From positions 88,288,001 to 88,352,000 of the forward strand of contig OX597815.1 of the NCBI GenBank assembly GCA_951406725.2: DNA of 64,000 nucleotides, written 5' to 3'. Position 1 is the first letter of the stretch, and each line of letters opens with the position of its first letter. A model generated the notes under the pieces. The model was given only the letters and a program-made list of their open reading frames with translations, did no database searches and had not been told where the DNA came from. This DNA is from Octopus vulgaris (Eukaryota). This document shows positions 25,401 through 38,072 of the stretch, piece after piece. Position numbers and translations under genes: made by a program.

Positions 25401-26187
25401 TCGTGGCCGTTTGCCAGCTCTGTCTGGCCCCCGTGTCGGTGGCACGTAAAAGCACCATCCGTTCGTGTTCGTTGCCAGCCTTGCCTGGCCCCGTGCCGGT
25501 GACACGTAAAAGCACCGTCCGTTCGTGGCCGTTTGCCAGCTCCGTCTGGCCCCGTGTCGGTGGCACATAAAAGCACCGTCCGTTCGTGTCCGTTGCCAGC
25601 CTCGGCTGGCCCCCGTGCCGGTGACACATAATAGCACCGTCCGTTCGTGGCCGTTTGCCAGCTCTGTCTGGCCCCGTGTCCGTGGCACGTAAAAGCACCA
25701 TCTGTTTGTGTTCGTTGCCAGCCTCGGCTGGCCCCTGTGCAGGTGACACGTAAAAGCACTGTCCGTTCGTGGCCGTTTGCCAGCTCTGTCTGGCCCCGTG
25801 TCGGTGGCACATAAAAGCACCATCCGTTCGTGTTCGTAGCCAGCCTCGGCTGGCCCCCGTGCAGGTGACACGTAAAAGCACCGTCCGTTCGTGGCCGTTT
25901 GCCAGCTCTGTCTGGCCCCGTGTCGGTGGCACGTAAAAGCACCATCCGTTCGTGTCCGTTGCCAGCATTGCCTGGCCCTGTGCCGGTGACACGTAAAAAC
26001 ACCATCCGTAAAAACACCCACTACACTCGCGGAGTGGTTGGCGTTAGGAAGGGCATCCAGCCGTAGAAACACTGCCAAATCTGACTGGGCCTGATGAAGC
26101 CTTCCGGCTTCACAGACCCCAGTTAAACCGTCCAACCCATGCTAGCATGGAAAACGGACGCTAAATGATGATGATGATGATGATGAT
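22447..26187 (+). mobile_element. 5'-truncated, recently inactivated RTE-clade LINE (APE + RT with PHD-like insert)
   Basis: SAYAPQ, AGDFNGHVG, QIDYI, QHRLV (APE); GKAPGPSGI, NYRGIKLL, QFGF, FVDMEKAFDRV, QGSVLSP, LLYADD, FRYLG (RT). Only a +1 frameshift near 24060 and a stop at 24820; (TGA)n tail. Confidence 0.95.
25330..26005 (+). repeat. About 60-bp GC-rich tandem array (~11 units, alternating A/B types) in the RTE 3'UTR
   Basis: ccgtgtcggtggcacgtaaaagcaccatccgttcgtg... units. Confidence 0.93.
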
Positions 26188-26387
26188 ATATATATATATG
26201 ATGGGTTTCTTTCAGTTTCTGTCTACCAAATCCATTCACAAAGCTTTGGTCAGTCCAAGGAAGATGCTTCTTGTTCAAGATGCCACACAGTGGGACTGAA
26301 CCTGAAACCATGTGATTGGAAAGCAGAATTCATATTTTTCATGAAACAAAAACGAAATAGAAAAAAAATATTTTCTTATCTTTACAG

Positions 26388-26464
26388 GTATCGGCTGTCC
26401 AAGTGTATAAAGTAACTTTTGGCCAGGTGTTAGTGGTGTGGTCTGATAAATTCATTGGAACAAA
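26388..26464 (+). CDS. IDUA: IDUA exon
   Basis: ttacag|...|gtaagt; VSAVQVYKVTFGQVLVVWSDKFIGTK (human TQGQLVLVWSDEHVGSK); 77 nt. Confidence 0.93.
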
Positions 26465-26701
26465 GTAAGTATGAAAGATAGTTATCTGATGGTTATTATA
26501 TTTTTTATATTCTTCATTGTATTCTGTAAACTGGAACACTCCTGTTTACTGTTTGTTACACAGTTTCTTTGTGTAAAAGTTGGGATAGCTTTGGTTAGAA
26601 CACCTTTAATCTGATTGATCAAGGTAGGCCTGGGACTAAGTAAAAACTGTGTCAAATAACTCATACATGTGTGGATGTATATATATATATGAGTGTGTGT
26701 T

Positions 26702-27200
26702 TCATCATCATCATCATCTTCATTTAACGTCCGTTTTCCATGCCGGCATGGGTTGGACTGTTTGACTGAGGTCTGGAGAGCCAGCAGCTACACCAGGCTC
26801 CAATCTGATCTGGCAATGTTTCTACTGCTAGATGCCCTTCCTAACGCCAACCACTCCGAGAGTGTAGTGGTTACTTTTTACATGTCACCGGCACAGGAGC
26901 CAGTCAGGCAGACCTGGCATTGACCATGTTCAGATGGTACTTTTTATGTGCCACTAGCATGGAAGCTAGTCTGTTTGGTATTGGCATTGGCCACCTTTGG
27001 TTGGTGCTTTTTATGTGCCACTGGCACGGGAGCCAGTTAGGCAGACCTGGCAACAACCACATTCAGATGGTGCTTTTTACATGCCACCGGCCACAGCTAT
27101 GATATTGGTTTTACTTGACTCAAAAGGTTTTCTCAAGCATATCATATCACCTGACACATTAGGGGTATTCTTAACAGGGCCGGACATGCGTGAATGTGAT
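26702..27200 (-). mobile_element. RTE 3'-tail copy
   Basis: (TCA)n tail, then ggatgcccttcctaacgccaaccactc-like core and 60-bp units. Confidence 0.8.
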
Positions 27201-27209
27201 CTCACTTTA

Positions 27210-29050
27210 GTTCAGCTCTATGTTTAAGAGATGAGGAATTATGTACATTATTTACATTATTTACAATTGATGGATATTTGTCCTCATATTGTTTGTTGTT
27301 AACACGTTTCGGCTTATATATCCTCCAGCTTTCATCAGGTGTCTTGGGGAAATTTCAAACCTGGGTTCTCATTCCTAAGGTATTTTTCATTGTTGTTGTT
27401 GTTGATGATGATGATAACCTCTCAAACAATGGTTATCTTCATTACTTAAGAAAATAACCAGAGATGATGATAGAAAGAGAATCCAACAAGATCTAGAAAA
27501 GTCATACATGGAAGAATTTGAAATGGTAAAGACACGCCAGATTAAGAAGTTTATGAAACTCAAAGATCAGAGAATGAAACCTGAAGTCCATCACCCACCT
27601 GTGAAAGCAGTAATTAGTGTAAGTAGCTGACATCTAGAAAGCTCTGAAGAAGCAGTACTAAACAAAGGTCTCAACTTTGCGACAACCATCAAGTGCATAG
27701 CCCCTATTGAAGAGATAGCCATAAAGATGCCAAAAGCTCAAGGAGATGAACTAAGGTGGGAAATGAGACAGGTACTAGAAAAAAGTGAAAATTCTCAAAC
27801 CAAACATCACTAGGGAAGAAATGTTCGCTATCAAAAGACTATAGAGTGACAATTCCATCATAATACTTCCAGCAGACAAGGGAAATGCTACAGTGGTGAT
27901 GAACAAGTCTGACTACTCGGAAAAACTGGCAAGTCTTATAAGTGATGGTAGCTACAGCAAAGTAAAGAAAGACCCTACTTTGAAAACAGAGAGGAAGTTG
28001 TCACAGATCTTGATCAAGAACAAGTTTAACTTAACACCAATGAAGTACAGATAACTGACTGAACACTACAGTAAACTACCACACATGTACGGTCTTCCTA
28101 AGATTCACAAGGATGGTATTCCATTAAGACCTATAGTGAGCTGTAGAGGTTCAGCATGTCATCCACTGAGCCACTTCCTTGTGGATATAATCATTCCATT
28201 AGCAGGAAAGTCAACATCGTATGTAAAAAATTCCACCCACTTCACAAAATTGATCAAGGATACCTCAATTGAATCTAGCCAGATGGTGAGTCTAGATGTA
28301 ATAAGTCTGTTCACCAAAGTCCCAAATGGTGAAGCACTATTGGTGATTCAAGAAAAACTAGTGACAGAGACACATCTTTTAAGAATACACTAGTATACCA
28401 ATAAGAAACTTGATGGAAATGTTGACCTTCTGTGTAGAAACTACCTACTTCAGTATGGACACTGATATATATCGTCAAGAAGAGGGTTTAGCTATGGGTT
28501 TGCCATTATCACCGATAATAGCCAATATATACATGGAATATTTTTAGAATTTGGCTTTAGGATCAACACTACTAAAACCAACCCTATGGCTTCGATATGT
28601 TGATGACACCTTCGTACTCTGGCCCCACCAGGAAGATGTCCAAGTGCTGTTAGATCATGTGAACTCAATAAAGCCATCCATGCAGTTCACAATGGAAAAA
28701 GAAAAAGATAATCAGCTAGCATTCCTGGACGTATTAGTAACACGCACCAAGTATGGATTCAGGACATCTGTATACTGCAAGCTGACCTTCATTGGACGAT
28801 ACCTCAACTTCAACTGTCACCATCCATACAGTGTAAAGAGAAGGATTGTTCAGTGCCTAAAACATTGAGCAATGAATATAAGTAGCAATCATGATACCGA
28901 CCACGAAGAAATGATCAAGCTCAATAACAATCTATTTAGCAACAACTACCCCAAAAACATACTCTGCACTCCAACTATGAAGAAAAGAGAGGATGAAACC
29001 GATAAACTGTCCACAGTCTGTCTACCCTATGTGAAAGGCCTCTCCTATAT
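27210..29050 (+). mobile_element. Decayed Penelope-like element (PLE) RT, preceded by an inverted hammerhead-bearing terminal repeat at 27210-27400
   Basis: LNKGLNFA, PADKGNATVVM, YGLPKIHK.GIPLRPIVS, SLDVISLFTKVP, GLAMG..LSP, WLRYVDDTF, FTMEKE..NQLAFLDV, YLNF..HHP, LPYVKGLS; truncated before the GIY-YIG domain. Confidence 0.88.
27299..27343 (-). ncRNA. Degenerate minimal hammerhead (canonical CUGAUGA core)
   Basis: Minus strand GACAC-CTGATGA-A-AGCT...AGCC-GAAA-CGTGTT, with a small deletion at the cleavage site. Confidence 0.55.
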
Positions 29051-29539
29051 GAAGTTGATACAGTTAGCCAAATGATCTGAATACACTACTAGAGTGACCA
29101 AAGCCAAAGTTAAAGCAAACTTCAGTAGAGTGAACACTAAATTCAAAGAGACAAAATGAAATATGGCACAGCATTTTGTTTAGAATCCCCAAAGTATTTT
29201 AGATATATAACAAGAAATGAAATATAAAAAAAAGCAAACATAAACATACTTTTTATCTTACAAGCATATTAATTTTTGGTTATTACTTTTGAGAAGATTT
29301 AGTCACTGGTTAGAATGGTTGTAATGATGATCAAAATAAGAGATGGTAACTCCCACCCTAGCTAGCTTTTGAGGTTATATCCACATGGAATAGTTGCTCA
29401 GTATTTTAACCATTCATCTTCATACTTCAGTTAGTTATGCTATCAATAAACGAAGCTGAAAATTCGGAGATTATTTTATCTTTCCTTTCCAGAATATTTG
29501 AAGTAATCTATAATGTTATATGTATATTTTAAATTTTAG

Positions 29540-29649
29540 ATGCATCTTGCGATATGAAGTAGAGCTATCAAAATCAGACACTGAAAGTCAGTACAGACGA
29601 ATTAATCAACAAGATTCTGTGGTGAATTCTTTTATGTTTGTGCCTTCAG
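29540..29649 (+). CDS. IDUA: IDUA exon
   Basis: ttttag|...|gtaagt; CILRYEVELSKSDTESQYRRINQQDSVVNSFMFVPS (human CLWTYEIQFS...FNLFVFSP). Confidence 0.92.
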
Positions 29650-30789
29650 GTAAGTGAAATTTTTGTGACATACATAAAGATATTTTAATAATGAGCAATG
29701 AGAGCAAGAAGTTTCATAGCTACTTTTGGTATAATTTAATTTTGAAATCTTGGAGTAGATACTGATCCATAATATTGCAAAATATACAGTTTGGTGCTGC
29801 GTGGAGTGTACCTGATTTGTACTTACATATAACACACATATATATATGTCCATATATAATCATCCATCCTTTTGTTCATTAATCCAGCAATCACTTTATA
29901 TCATTCAGTATTTGAATGGATGTTGTAAGTGTGAGAATTATAAAAGTATAAAAGTGTTGTGTCATATAAAAGTAATTAATTTTATATCTTGATCCTGTCA
30001 CATTACTGCAATATATTTTACAATGAGACGAAATAACAAACTGTAGAACTCTGTTAATTATTATGCAAAAGTGCTTCAGTTTGTTATTGTAAGTAGCAGA
30101 GTTATAACATTTAGCTTGTAGTGCTGGGCTCAAATCATCTCTTACATCTTGAGATGACAACAAATTTCTTTTTGATGTGCTTATGCAGATGAAATCATCA
30201 ATAGCAACCATTTAAAAGCTCAATGAGTTACAAAAATTTACTCATAGTGAAGTGAAAAAAATTAGTGGAGACTACTTTTTTAGTTAACAGACTCCTAATT
30301 AAACTCTGCTCAGACTTTTAGCTTGATGGCTATTGATGAAAAAATTTTGGATTTACTAATAGATTCTTCAACTCAGTAGATGAATTGTAGTTTAGTCTGG
30401 TTTGAGACTTCCTTGCTCATGTAGCATCCTCATTGCTCATGATGTAACATTGTATGCTGAACCGAATATGGTAGCAAGGTGCAGTATAGAAATTTTTTAG
30501 AAAATGGGGTTACATGTGTACTGTGGTCAGAGTGTTTTTATATTTTTAATGTAATATGCCTTAGAGAAATGCATGTAAGTAGTTACAGGAAAGGTAAAGT
30601 GGTTGAGTGGATGGAGTATTGAACTACTTATTCATGGTTATGAATCAAATCTACTGCAGGCATTTCATTGTATTTTTGATCAGAACACTTCACTCTATGT
30701 CACCTCATCTAACAGTTGAAAATAGGTATTAAATCATTTTGTAATGTAGAAATGTTTAAATATAAAACCACAGTGTATCATAATTCACC

Positions 30790-31607
30790 TATGCTGCATG
30801 GCAGTGAAGCATGGGCTGTGACAGCTGAAAGAAATGAAGTCAGTATGCTTTGCTGGATGTGCAATGTCAGTGTGCATGTTCAGCAGAGTGTAAGCATCTT
30901 GAGAGAAAAACTAATCATAAGAGGAATCAGATGTGGTGTACAAGAGAGATGACTGTGCTGGTATGGTCATGTGGTGCATATGAACGAGGACAGCTGTGTA
31001 AAGAAATGCCGATCTTTAACTGTGGAGGGAACCTGTGGTAGAGGTAGACCCAGGAATATATGGGATGAGGTGGTGAAACATGATCTTCCAACTTTGAGCC
31101 TCACAGAGGCAATGACTAGTAACCAAGATCTTTGGTGATGTGCTCTGCTTGAGAGGACCTGTCAAGCCAAGTGCACCTGTGCTGGTGGCATGTAAGGAAT
31201 ATCTTTCAAGCGTTGGGCCTCACAGAGGCAAAATGGCTGAGTTCCTTTTGAGCATTGGGCCTCACAGAGGCAAAGTGGTTGAGTTCCTTCTGAGTGTTGG
31301 GCCCCATGGAGGCAATGACAGCTTTTTGGCATTATGTTGTGCTTGAGAAGACCCATCAAGTCGAGCAAAATTGCAGTTGTGTCAGATACTAGTGTCATGC
31401 AAATTGGCACCCTGGTGTCACACAAATAGCACCCGTGCTGTTGGCATGTAAAAGCACCCTTTACACTCTCAAAGTGGCTGGTGTTAGGAAGGGCATTCAG
31501 CTGCAGAAAACCATGCCAAATCAGACTGCCTTCCAGCATGCCAGCCTGGTCAAACCATCCAATGCATGCCAGCATGGACAACAGATATTAAATGATGATG
31601 ATGATGA
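30790..31607 (+). mobile_element. Decayed RTE LINE 3' fragment
   Basis: MLHGSEAWAVTAE..NEVSMLCWMCNVS...GRGRPR plus (TGA)n tail. Confidence 0.85.
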
Positions 31608-31863
31608 CCTTGCCATTAAACCTGAACTCATATTCTGAATCCAGGTTGTGTAATAGCTGCCTATCACACATCAAACTCATTCTTCAGACATATTACCCTC
31701 TTCCCATACACATTTGTGGTCAGTCACAACATACTATTCCCATATTTCCTACATATCTGGGCCATTTTTTTCCCTTATTTAAGAGGAAAGTAACATTTTC
31801 TAAATGTCATTGTTTGTGAAGATTCTTCACTGAAGTTTTATTTTATTTTATAATTTTTTCCAG

Positions 31864-31964
31864 GAAATAATTCTACATTGGTGACAGGATATTACCGTGT
31901 TAGAGCAGTGGACTACTGGAATCGTCCAGGACAATATTCAAAACCATTTTATTACCCTTCTTAA
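31864..31964 (+). CDS. IDUA: IDUA last coding exon
   Basis: ttccag|; GNNSTLVTGYYRVRAVDYWNRPGQYSKPFYYPS-TAA (human GSYRVRALDYWARPGPFS). Confidence 0.94.
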
Positions 31965-34900
31965 ATTTACCTGAACCTTCATTTTCTCACATTTCTACAT
32001 TGAATTTCATTGTCCTTACCTCTAAAATTATATTTCAAATGTATGAATAGACTTCAAAATATATTTTCACATTAAAAATCTATCAATAAGATTGAGTCAT
32101 CTTGCTTCAGATCAAATGATGATGTCATTGAAAATGTTTTGATTATAATCAAATCTGGGCAAAGTTTTAAAAATATCTTCAATGTTACCTTGTAGGTTTT
32201 AGATATTATAAGTTGACACCCATTGCCTCTGATTTACTGTCTTTTGACTAGACAGTTCTGGTTGGACTGATTTATTTAACTTTAGAAATTAAGGATTAAA
32301 TCTTAAAGTTAAGTGATAAGCAAGGTGAGATTTAAGTCTTGAGAAACCTAAGTTTAACATTGGTCCTATGGTGATCATTATTGAACATTGAATGATCCTC
32401 ATTCCCAAGAAAAATATAACATTATTTAAAAAAAAGCTTTCATTCTGTAGCAATTTACAATGCTGTTTTATTGTTGAGCCATATCACTTTCCTGGTTTCT
32501 GTCTTCTACTGTTACTATACTGGTTTCAAATTTGGGCTCAAGGCCAGCAAGTTTGGGCAAGGGAGCAAATCGATTATGTTGACCTCAGTACTCAACTAGT
32601 ACTTATTTTATCAACCCCAAAAGGATGAAAGGCAAAGTTGACCATGATTGAATTTTAATTCAGAACATAAAGATGGACAAAATGTTGGTAAGCATTTTGC
32701 CCGGTGTGCTTAAGATTCTGCCAGCTCACCACCTTGCCTACTGTTACTATATTGGTAAGGCAGCAAATTAGTAGAATTGTTAGAGAATTGCATAGAATGC
32801 TTTTGACATTATTTCTGGTTTCCATCTGTAATTCAAAGGTCAAGCATTGTCACATTGTCTCATGCTAAATTGGCTTGAGAATTACATAAATGATACACGT
32901 CTGTGGAATACTCAGCTACTTACATGTTTCATGGACAAGAATTTAGTCAAACAACTGAATACTCATCAACAAAGAATCCACCATTATATTGGTCAATGTT
33001 TCTCGACAATTATCTTTTCTACACCACTCATACCTAAACTCATTTTAAGATTTGAAATAATTATGGGCATTCTTGTTCATCTTCAGATTAACTAGTATAA
33101 TTAGCTCAGGAGTTATACAGTTCTGATTTACAAAACATGTTTACCTATGTGGGAAACTAAGTATTCCCAGACTTGATTCAGCATACTCAACATGAGTAAC
33201 TGTATCAATAACACTGACATATAACTTTAGGTCACTTCTTGTTTTCAAATTATGAAACAAATTGAATCTCATTGCAATAATAATATCAATGAATTATACT
33301 TGGTATGTAAATTTTATTCCTGTATGTATGTGTCTATTTTCCTACACATTTTAACTGCTTCAAATGTCACTTTGTTTTAAGTAAAACTCAACAGAAATGG
33401 TTTTCCTAAACTCAAAGAACCAACTACCCAGTGAAACATTATGCTGGCATAAATTGGACAGGATATTTTAAGGCTGTATTTTTTGGCTGGATGCCAACTC
33501 TTTTACTTATATCTTAAAAGAGTATTTTGAGGACAGTCAAGAGTATAATTCATAGTTTCAGTCAGTTTCTACTTATATAGGTCCTCTAACTATAAATCCA
33601 ACAGTCTATAAAATCATACATGTAACAGACAAATGCCAAATAAACAGGTTGATTGACCACTTTAAATACAATTCCAGTTGACTAAATTTCAAGGATGATT
33701 CTAAACTATGATCAGTCTCTCATCTACATCCACCACTACCACCAACAACTATGTATATGCTAAAACAGTTGGACAACAAAAAGGTAGAACATGCCTTGAC
33801 TGACTACAAGATATACAAAAGGGAATGCATGACATTAAGGCTCCCAAACCATATTGAATCAATGCACATTTCAAATGAACCATTACAAATTACTTTCTCA
33901 GTTATCTGTTGATGAGGATAGAAAAAAATGACAATATTTACTTCTTTAATCTTTCAATGAAGTAATTTCTTATGCAGATTTATAATTGAATTTATGTCAT
34001 TGACCACTTATTCTTAAATCATAGATTTCCTGTATGAAACAAAATTTGGTACAAGTCTATAAATTTATAGATGAGGAAATGCAATAGATTGAATCAGCCC
34101 TAATACATGAATTTGAAGGAATGAAGACTGAGTCAATAACTGAGCTCAATTGTTGAAAACTGTAACATTCTTCAGTCTGTTGCTAGACCATTTGTCCTCA
34201 CAAGAGCAATATGAAAGAGAATGTGTTCCAGATTGCAGGCTTCCACAATTTTACACCTATTTATCATAGGAGTACATATATTCAAGCCAATTGCCATAAG
34301 TTATGTGACTTTTTCTCATATTTTCTGTAAACCCAGGCAAGTTGGGTACTGTTGGTAGCAGTACAGCAGGAAATAATTTCACATACAGGTGGAATGTTAA
34401 ACATAGTTATTAATAGTGTACAATCATTCAGAATCCACACAGAAACAGCTTTAGTTTGGTTGATGACTAAACACGATTCTCTCTCTCGTTACTTACATTT
34501 CCACACAAATTGTTCCCCCACCCACAAAAGCAAGTTTTTAAAGATTGATGGCTTTTTGAAACATTAAATACCTACTTTATAGAGGAGAGATATGAAAATA
34601 ATTTATTTTATGTAGGATTAAGGCTGCAGTAGAATTGGGACTCATAATGCAATGCTTTAACTTTGTAGCCAATGCAGAGTTACTTTGCGTCAATAAATTT
34701 TTCATTTCTTTGATTTGGCACAAGGCTCTGTATTTATGGAGGAGTGGAATGGTAAATTCTTGACTTGTATGGGTGTTTGTGTTTTCCCAAAGGATATAAA
34801 TGAAAAGAGATAACTTCAAATGGGAATTGAAATTGTATTTAAGGATATAATGTTTTGTATTATTAACCTAATCTTTAGTGATGAAATTTTGTTTAACAAC

Positions 34901-35935
34901 ATTGACATTCACACAATTTATGTTCAAATCCAGTTTAGGATTATGCACACACTCAAGAATAAAATAGCTGATGATGATTGGCGATCAAGCAGATTGAAAT
35001 AGTGGATTTGTAAATATTGTAATGCAATATATTCATCTCTAAAGATGAATTCAACAGTCCAAAAAATTACCATCTTATTAACAGCTCATCTCAGGCATAA
35101 ATTATATTGTAATTCCAGTTTATATCTTGCTCAATGGTGTTTGATACACTTTAAGAAATTGAAAAAAATGGACACAGAATAATTACAACAAGATTTTATT
35201 AAATGAATAGGCAATGTTTTGATTTCTATTCAGAATAGTTTTAAATGTCAATATTAAATCCATTACCTCAAAATAGCATTTATATCAGGATAAATAGTAG
35301 GGAAAAATTGAAAGAATTAAAATGAAGACTTAAGTAATTTTTACAGAATGATAAACAAATAATGAGGACATCAATGATAATAACAGGACTATGTTATCAC
35401 CTAAAATGTATTTAAGTTTTCTTTATCACAATAATCACAGTTATAAAATTTAGAACAGAAGACAGAAAAAGTATACATCATACTTTTATCAACAAAGTTG
35501 AAGAGTAATTAGTTTAAGCTGGCAAAGTGTAAAATATCACATACGAGGTTTTAGTTAATATCCATACTTTTGAGATGAGTTATTGTAAAGTATTTGAAGG
35601 CTTCCACCTATTCTTTCATGCTTCTATTTCTTACAGGTTTTACTCAGTATAATTCTCTGTTCAACTTCTATACACTCACACAAACACACATACAAACACA
35701 AATACACGTGTCTTAAGGTAATTGAAGAATATACTGATTAAATTTTAGCATAGAGAATAGAAACACGAATGGTGAAGCCATTATTTCATTGGCTGTAAAC
35801 TTCTTGAGAAAATTTTCTTAAAATAACAAAGACTCATAAGATGCTGATTGAGTTTTGGTTGGTTGCGGACATAAACATTCTGAAGTAGTTAAATTGATTA
35901 AATTAATGTAGCTTTTCCTTAACTCTAAAGACTTT

Positions 35936-38053
35936 TCAATCATCCAGTTTCATGTCAGATAAACTGTCAATTGTAGTAAGAGTATCTGAATCAGAAACAA
36001 TTGTAGAACTGCTTGTTGTATTGGGGTAAAGAGACTCTGAGATTGTTGTATTACTATCACTTTCATTTTTATAAGTATCATTCTCACTAGCAGTGCTTTT
36101 GTCTTCTTCAGAACAATAAATAATGTCTTCTGGATGGGGACATTTTGGATGAAATTCTTCACCAGGATACATTGTTTCAAATATGTGTTTAGCTTCTCCT
36201 GGATAGAAATCCAAGTCTATTTCAGATCCTGGTTGTGAGGTCACTAAAATATTATTGGGTAGGGACTGTTGAAGTTTGACATTGCGTTTGCTCTTTACCT
36301 GGAAAAAAAGTGACCATAAGACATTCGGTCGAGCGTCATTGCTTTGTTGGGTGTCACCTTCAGCACTCTCTGTATCTTTCTTATCTTCATCAATAGGTTC
36401 AAAATTGAACAAATATTTACAAGCATAATCAAGTTCAGTTTTGGGATCAGCTTCGCCTTGTCTAGTGAAGTGGATAAGACATAAACCTGTAGGACAAACC
36501 ATAGCAGATGGTGGATATTCAAGCATCACTACAGGTCTTGAAGTATCCTCTGGTGGGTAAATATTCAGCAGTGACAGTTCTTCTTTAGGTGATTGTAGTA
36601 AAGCTTGGTCAGTAACTAATATGGCTCTATTCACTATTTGGGTCTCCATGGACTCAATAATATCATCTGGAATGTAACTCGGTTCTACTATAAGCCATTC
36701 ACATTCAATTCGTTTACCATCAGAAGTGATAACAGCTTTTGCTTTTCCTTCATGAATAATTATTGCTTTAACTGATAAATTTAAACAATAAATTCCACCC
36801 CATACAGCACACATACGACTAAAAGCCTGTGGAAGTTCTCCAACCCCATAAATAGATGTTATAAAAGGAATGTCTCCATACTGCCCAACTGATGAAAAAA
36901 ACTTCTGAGCTAAAGCAATCCCTTCTTTAGTTGTGGTAGATTTTTGTGCCATTGCAATTCCATGGTAAATATAATGTCTTGCAATTGGAGAAAACTTTTC
37001 TTCTAAATATGCTGAAAAAGGACGATCATAAAATTCTTTCATGGCTTCATCAGGACTATTTTCTAAGCAGGCTTTTACAAATTTCATCATTATTCGTTTC
37101 TCAAGCATTGATACTTCTCTGGAGTTGAAAATATGAGCCCGAGAACAGGGAACTTTTTTTAATTCATTCTGAAAAATAGTTAGAATACGTGACACAAGTT
37201 TGAATTCACAATAACGAGAAATATCAGACTGAATCAAGAGATGAACCATGTCACCATTACAAAATAATACTTTGGGAGCTGTATCAAAATTAAAACGTCT
37301 CCATTGGTCCTCAAACTTTTTAACAGTCCATTTTTCAGTAACCTTGTTATTGGTCACATTTTCTAACGTCTTTTCTGATGTGATATATACTTCAATTTCC
37401 TTAAGTTCTTCTGCACTGTCTGTAGTAGCTTCCATGACGGAATTAGAATCAAGTTGCTTATTTTCAGACGTCTCTTCCTTATTTTCAGACGTCTCTTTCT
37501 TATTTTCAGACGTCTCTTTCTTATTTTCAGACGTCTCTTTCTTATTTTCGGTTTCCTCTACCTCTCCAGTGTCTTCATCCACTTTATTTATACCATCATT
37601 CGCTTCCGATCGTTCTTCATGAATATCACAGGGTGATTGATCCTGTTCAGTTTTGATTACATTACTTGTAGTATTATTTGAGGCATCACGTTCATCGGTG
37701 GTGTTTGTAGATATGTGATGATAGGACATTTGGATATTAGAAAAGCCTTCATCATGGGGCGAGAGGAGTATAAACGATTCTCCTTCTTGAAGATGAGGGT
37801 TGATATCAACGGAAGAATCAGGCATGTCACAAGACGTGTTTTGCAGTTTTAACTGTTCCTTTTCTTTCAGTGTTGATGTCCATGTTTGGAGGTTACGCAA
37901 GCTGAATGATGCCCATCGGCTGCCATAATAAGCGTTCCTGTCTATGTGTAAGACTGTTTTGCCAATTCGTGATAAAGCCGAAGCAACGATACTTTCTGAT
38001 AGACCAGTTCCAATCACTATAGCATCAAAACTCGAAGGAAGAACGTCGTCCAT
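35936..38053 (-). CDS. CHM: Rab escort protein / Rab geranylgeranyltransferase component A (REP, CHM/CHML family), single coding exon, 705 aa
   Basis: Uninterrupted ORF starting MDDVLPSSFDAIVIGTGLSESIVASALSRIGKTVLHIDRNAYYG, with RRFNFD, SRYCEFK, VPCSRAHIF, YGVGELPQAFSRMCAVWGGIYCL and C-terminal PHPEDII. The long acidic insert is typical of REP rather than GDI. Confidence 0.95.
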   Translation of the reverse strand: MDDVLPSSFDAIVIGTGLSESIVASALSRIGKTVLHIDRNAYYGSRWASFSLRNLQTWTSTLKEKEQLKLQNTSCDMPDSSVDINPHLQEGESFILLSPHDEGFSNIQMSYHHISTNTTDERDASNNTTSNVIKTEQDQSPCDIHEERSEANDGINKVDEDTGEVEETENKKETSENKKETSENKKETSENKEETSENKQLDSNSVMEATTDSAEELKEIEVYITSEKTLENVTNNKVTEKWTVKKFEDQWRRFNFDTAPKVLFCNGDMVHLLIQSDISRYCEFKLVSRILTIFQNELKKVPCSRAHIFNSREVSMLEKRIMMKFVKACLENSPDEAMKEFYDRPFSAYLEEKFSPIARHYIYHGIAMAQKSTTTKEGIALAQKFFSSVGQYGDIPFITSIYGVGELPQAFSRMCAVWGGIYCLNLSVKAIIIHEGKAKAVITSDGKRIECEWLIVEPSYIPDDIIESMETQIVNRAILVTDQALLQSPKEELSLLNIYPPEDTSRPVVMLEYPPSAMVCPTGLCLIHFTRQGEADPKTELDYACKYLFNFEPIDEDKKDTESAEGDTQQSNDARPNVLWSLFFQVKSKRNVKLQQSLPNNILVTSQPGSEIDLDFYPGEAKHIFETMYPGEEFHPKCPHPEDIIYCSEEDKSTASENDTYKNESDSNTTISESLYPNTTSSSTIVSDSDTLTTIDSLSDMKLDD
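37458..37552 (-). repeat. 21-bp coding tandem repeat in CHM, (ETSENKK)x~4
   Basis: ttattttcagacgtctctttc units; protein ETENKKETSENKKETSENKKETSENKEETSENK. Confidence 0.9.
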
Positions 38054-38072
38054 CCTATCGATGATGAAAAAT

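Noticed and set aside
25330-26005. CRISPR-like appearance of the array (also 4350-4461)
   Set aside because: Units are contiguous with no unique spacers, there are no cas genes, and the context is eukaryotic.
26090-26115. CTGATGA followed by a hairpin in the RTE tail (also about 59582)
   Set aside because: No GAAA/UH or stem I; other copies lack CTGATGA. It is an ordinary 3' stem-loop.
25282-26135. Three overlapping 221-279 aa minus-strand ORFs
   Set aside because: Artefact of a stop-poor GC-rich 60-bp tandem array in the LINE 3'UTR; the translations are purely periodic.
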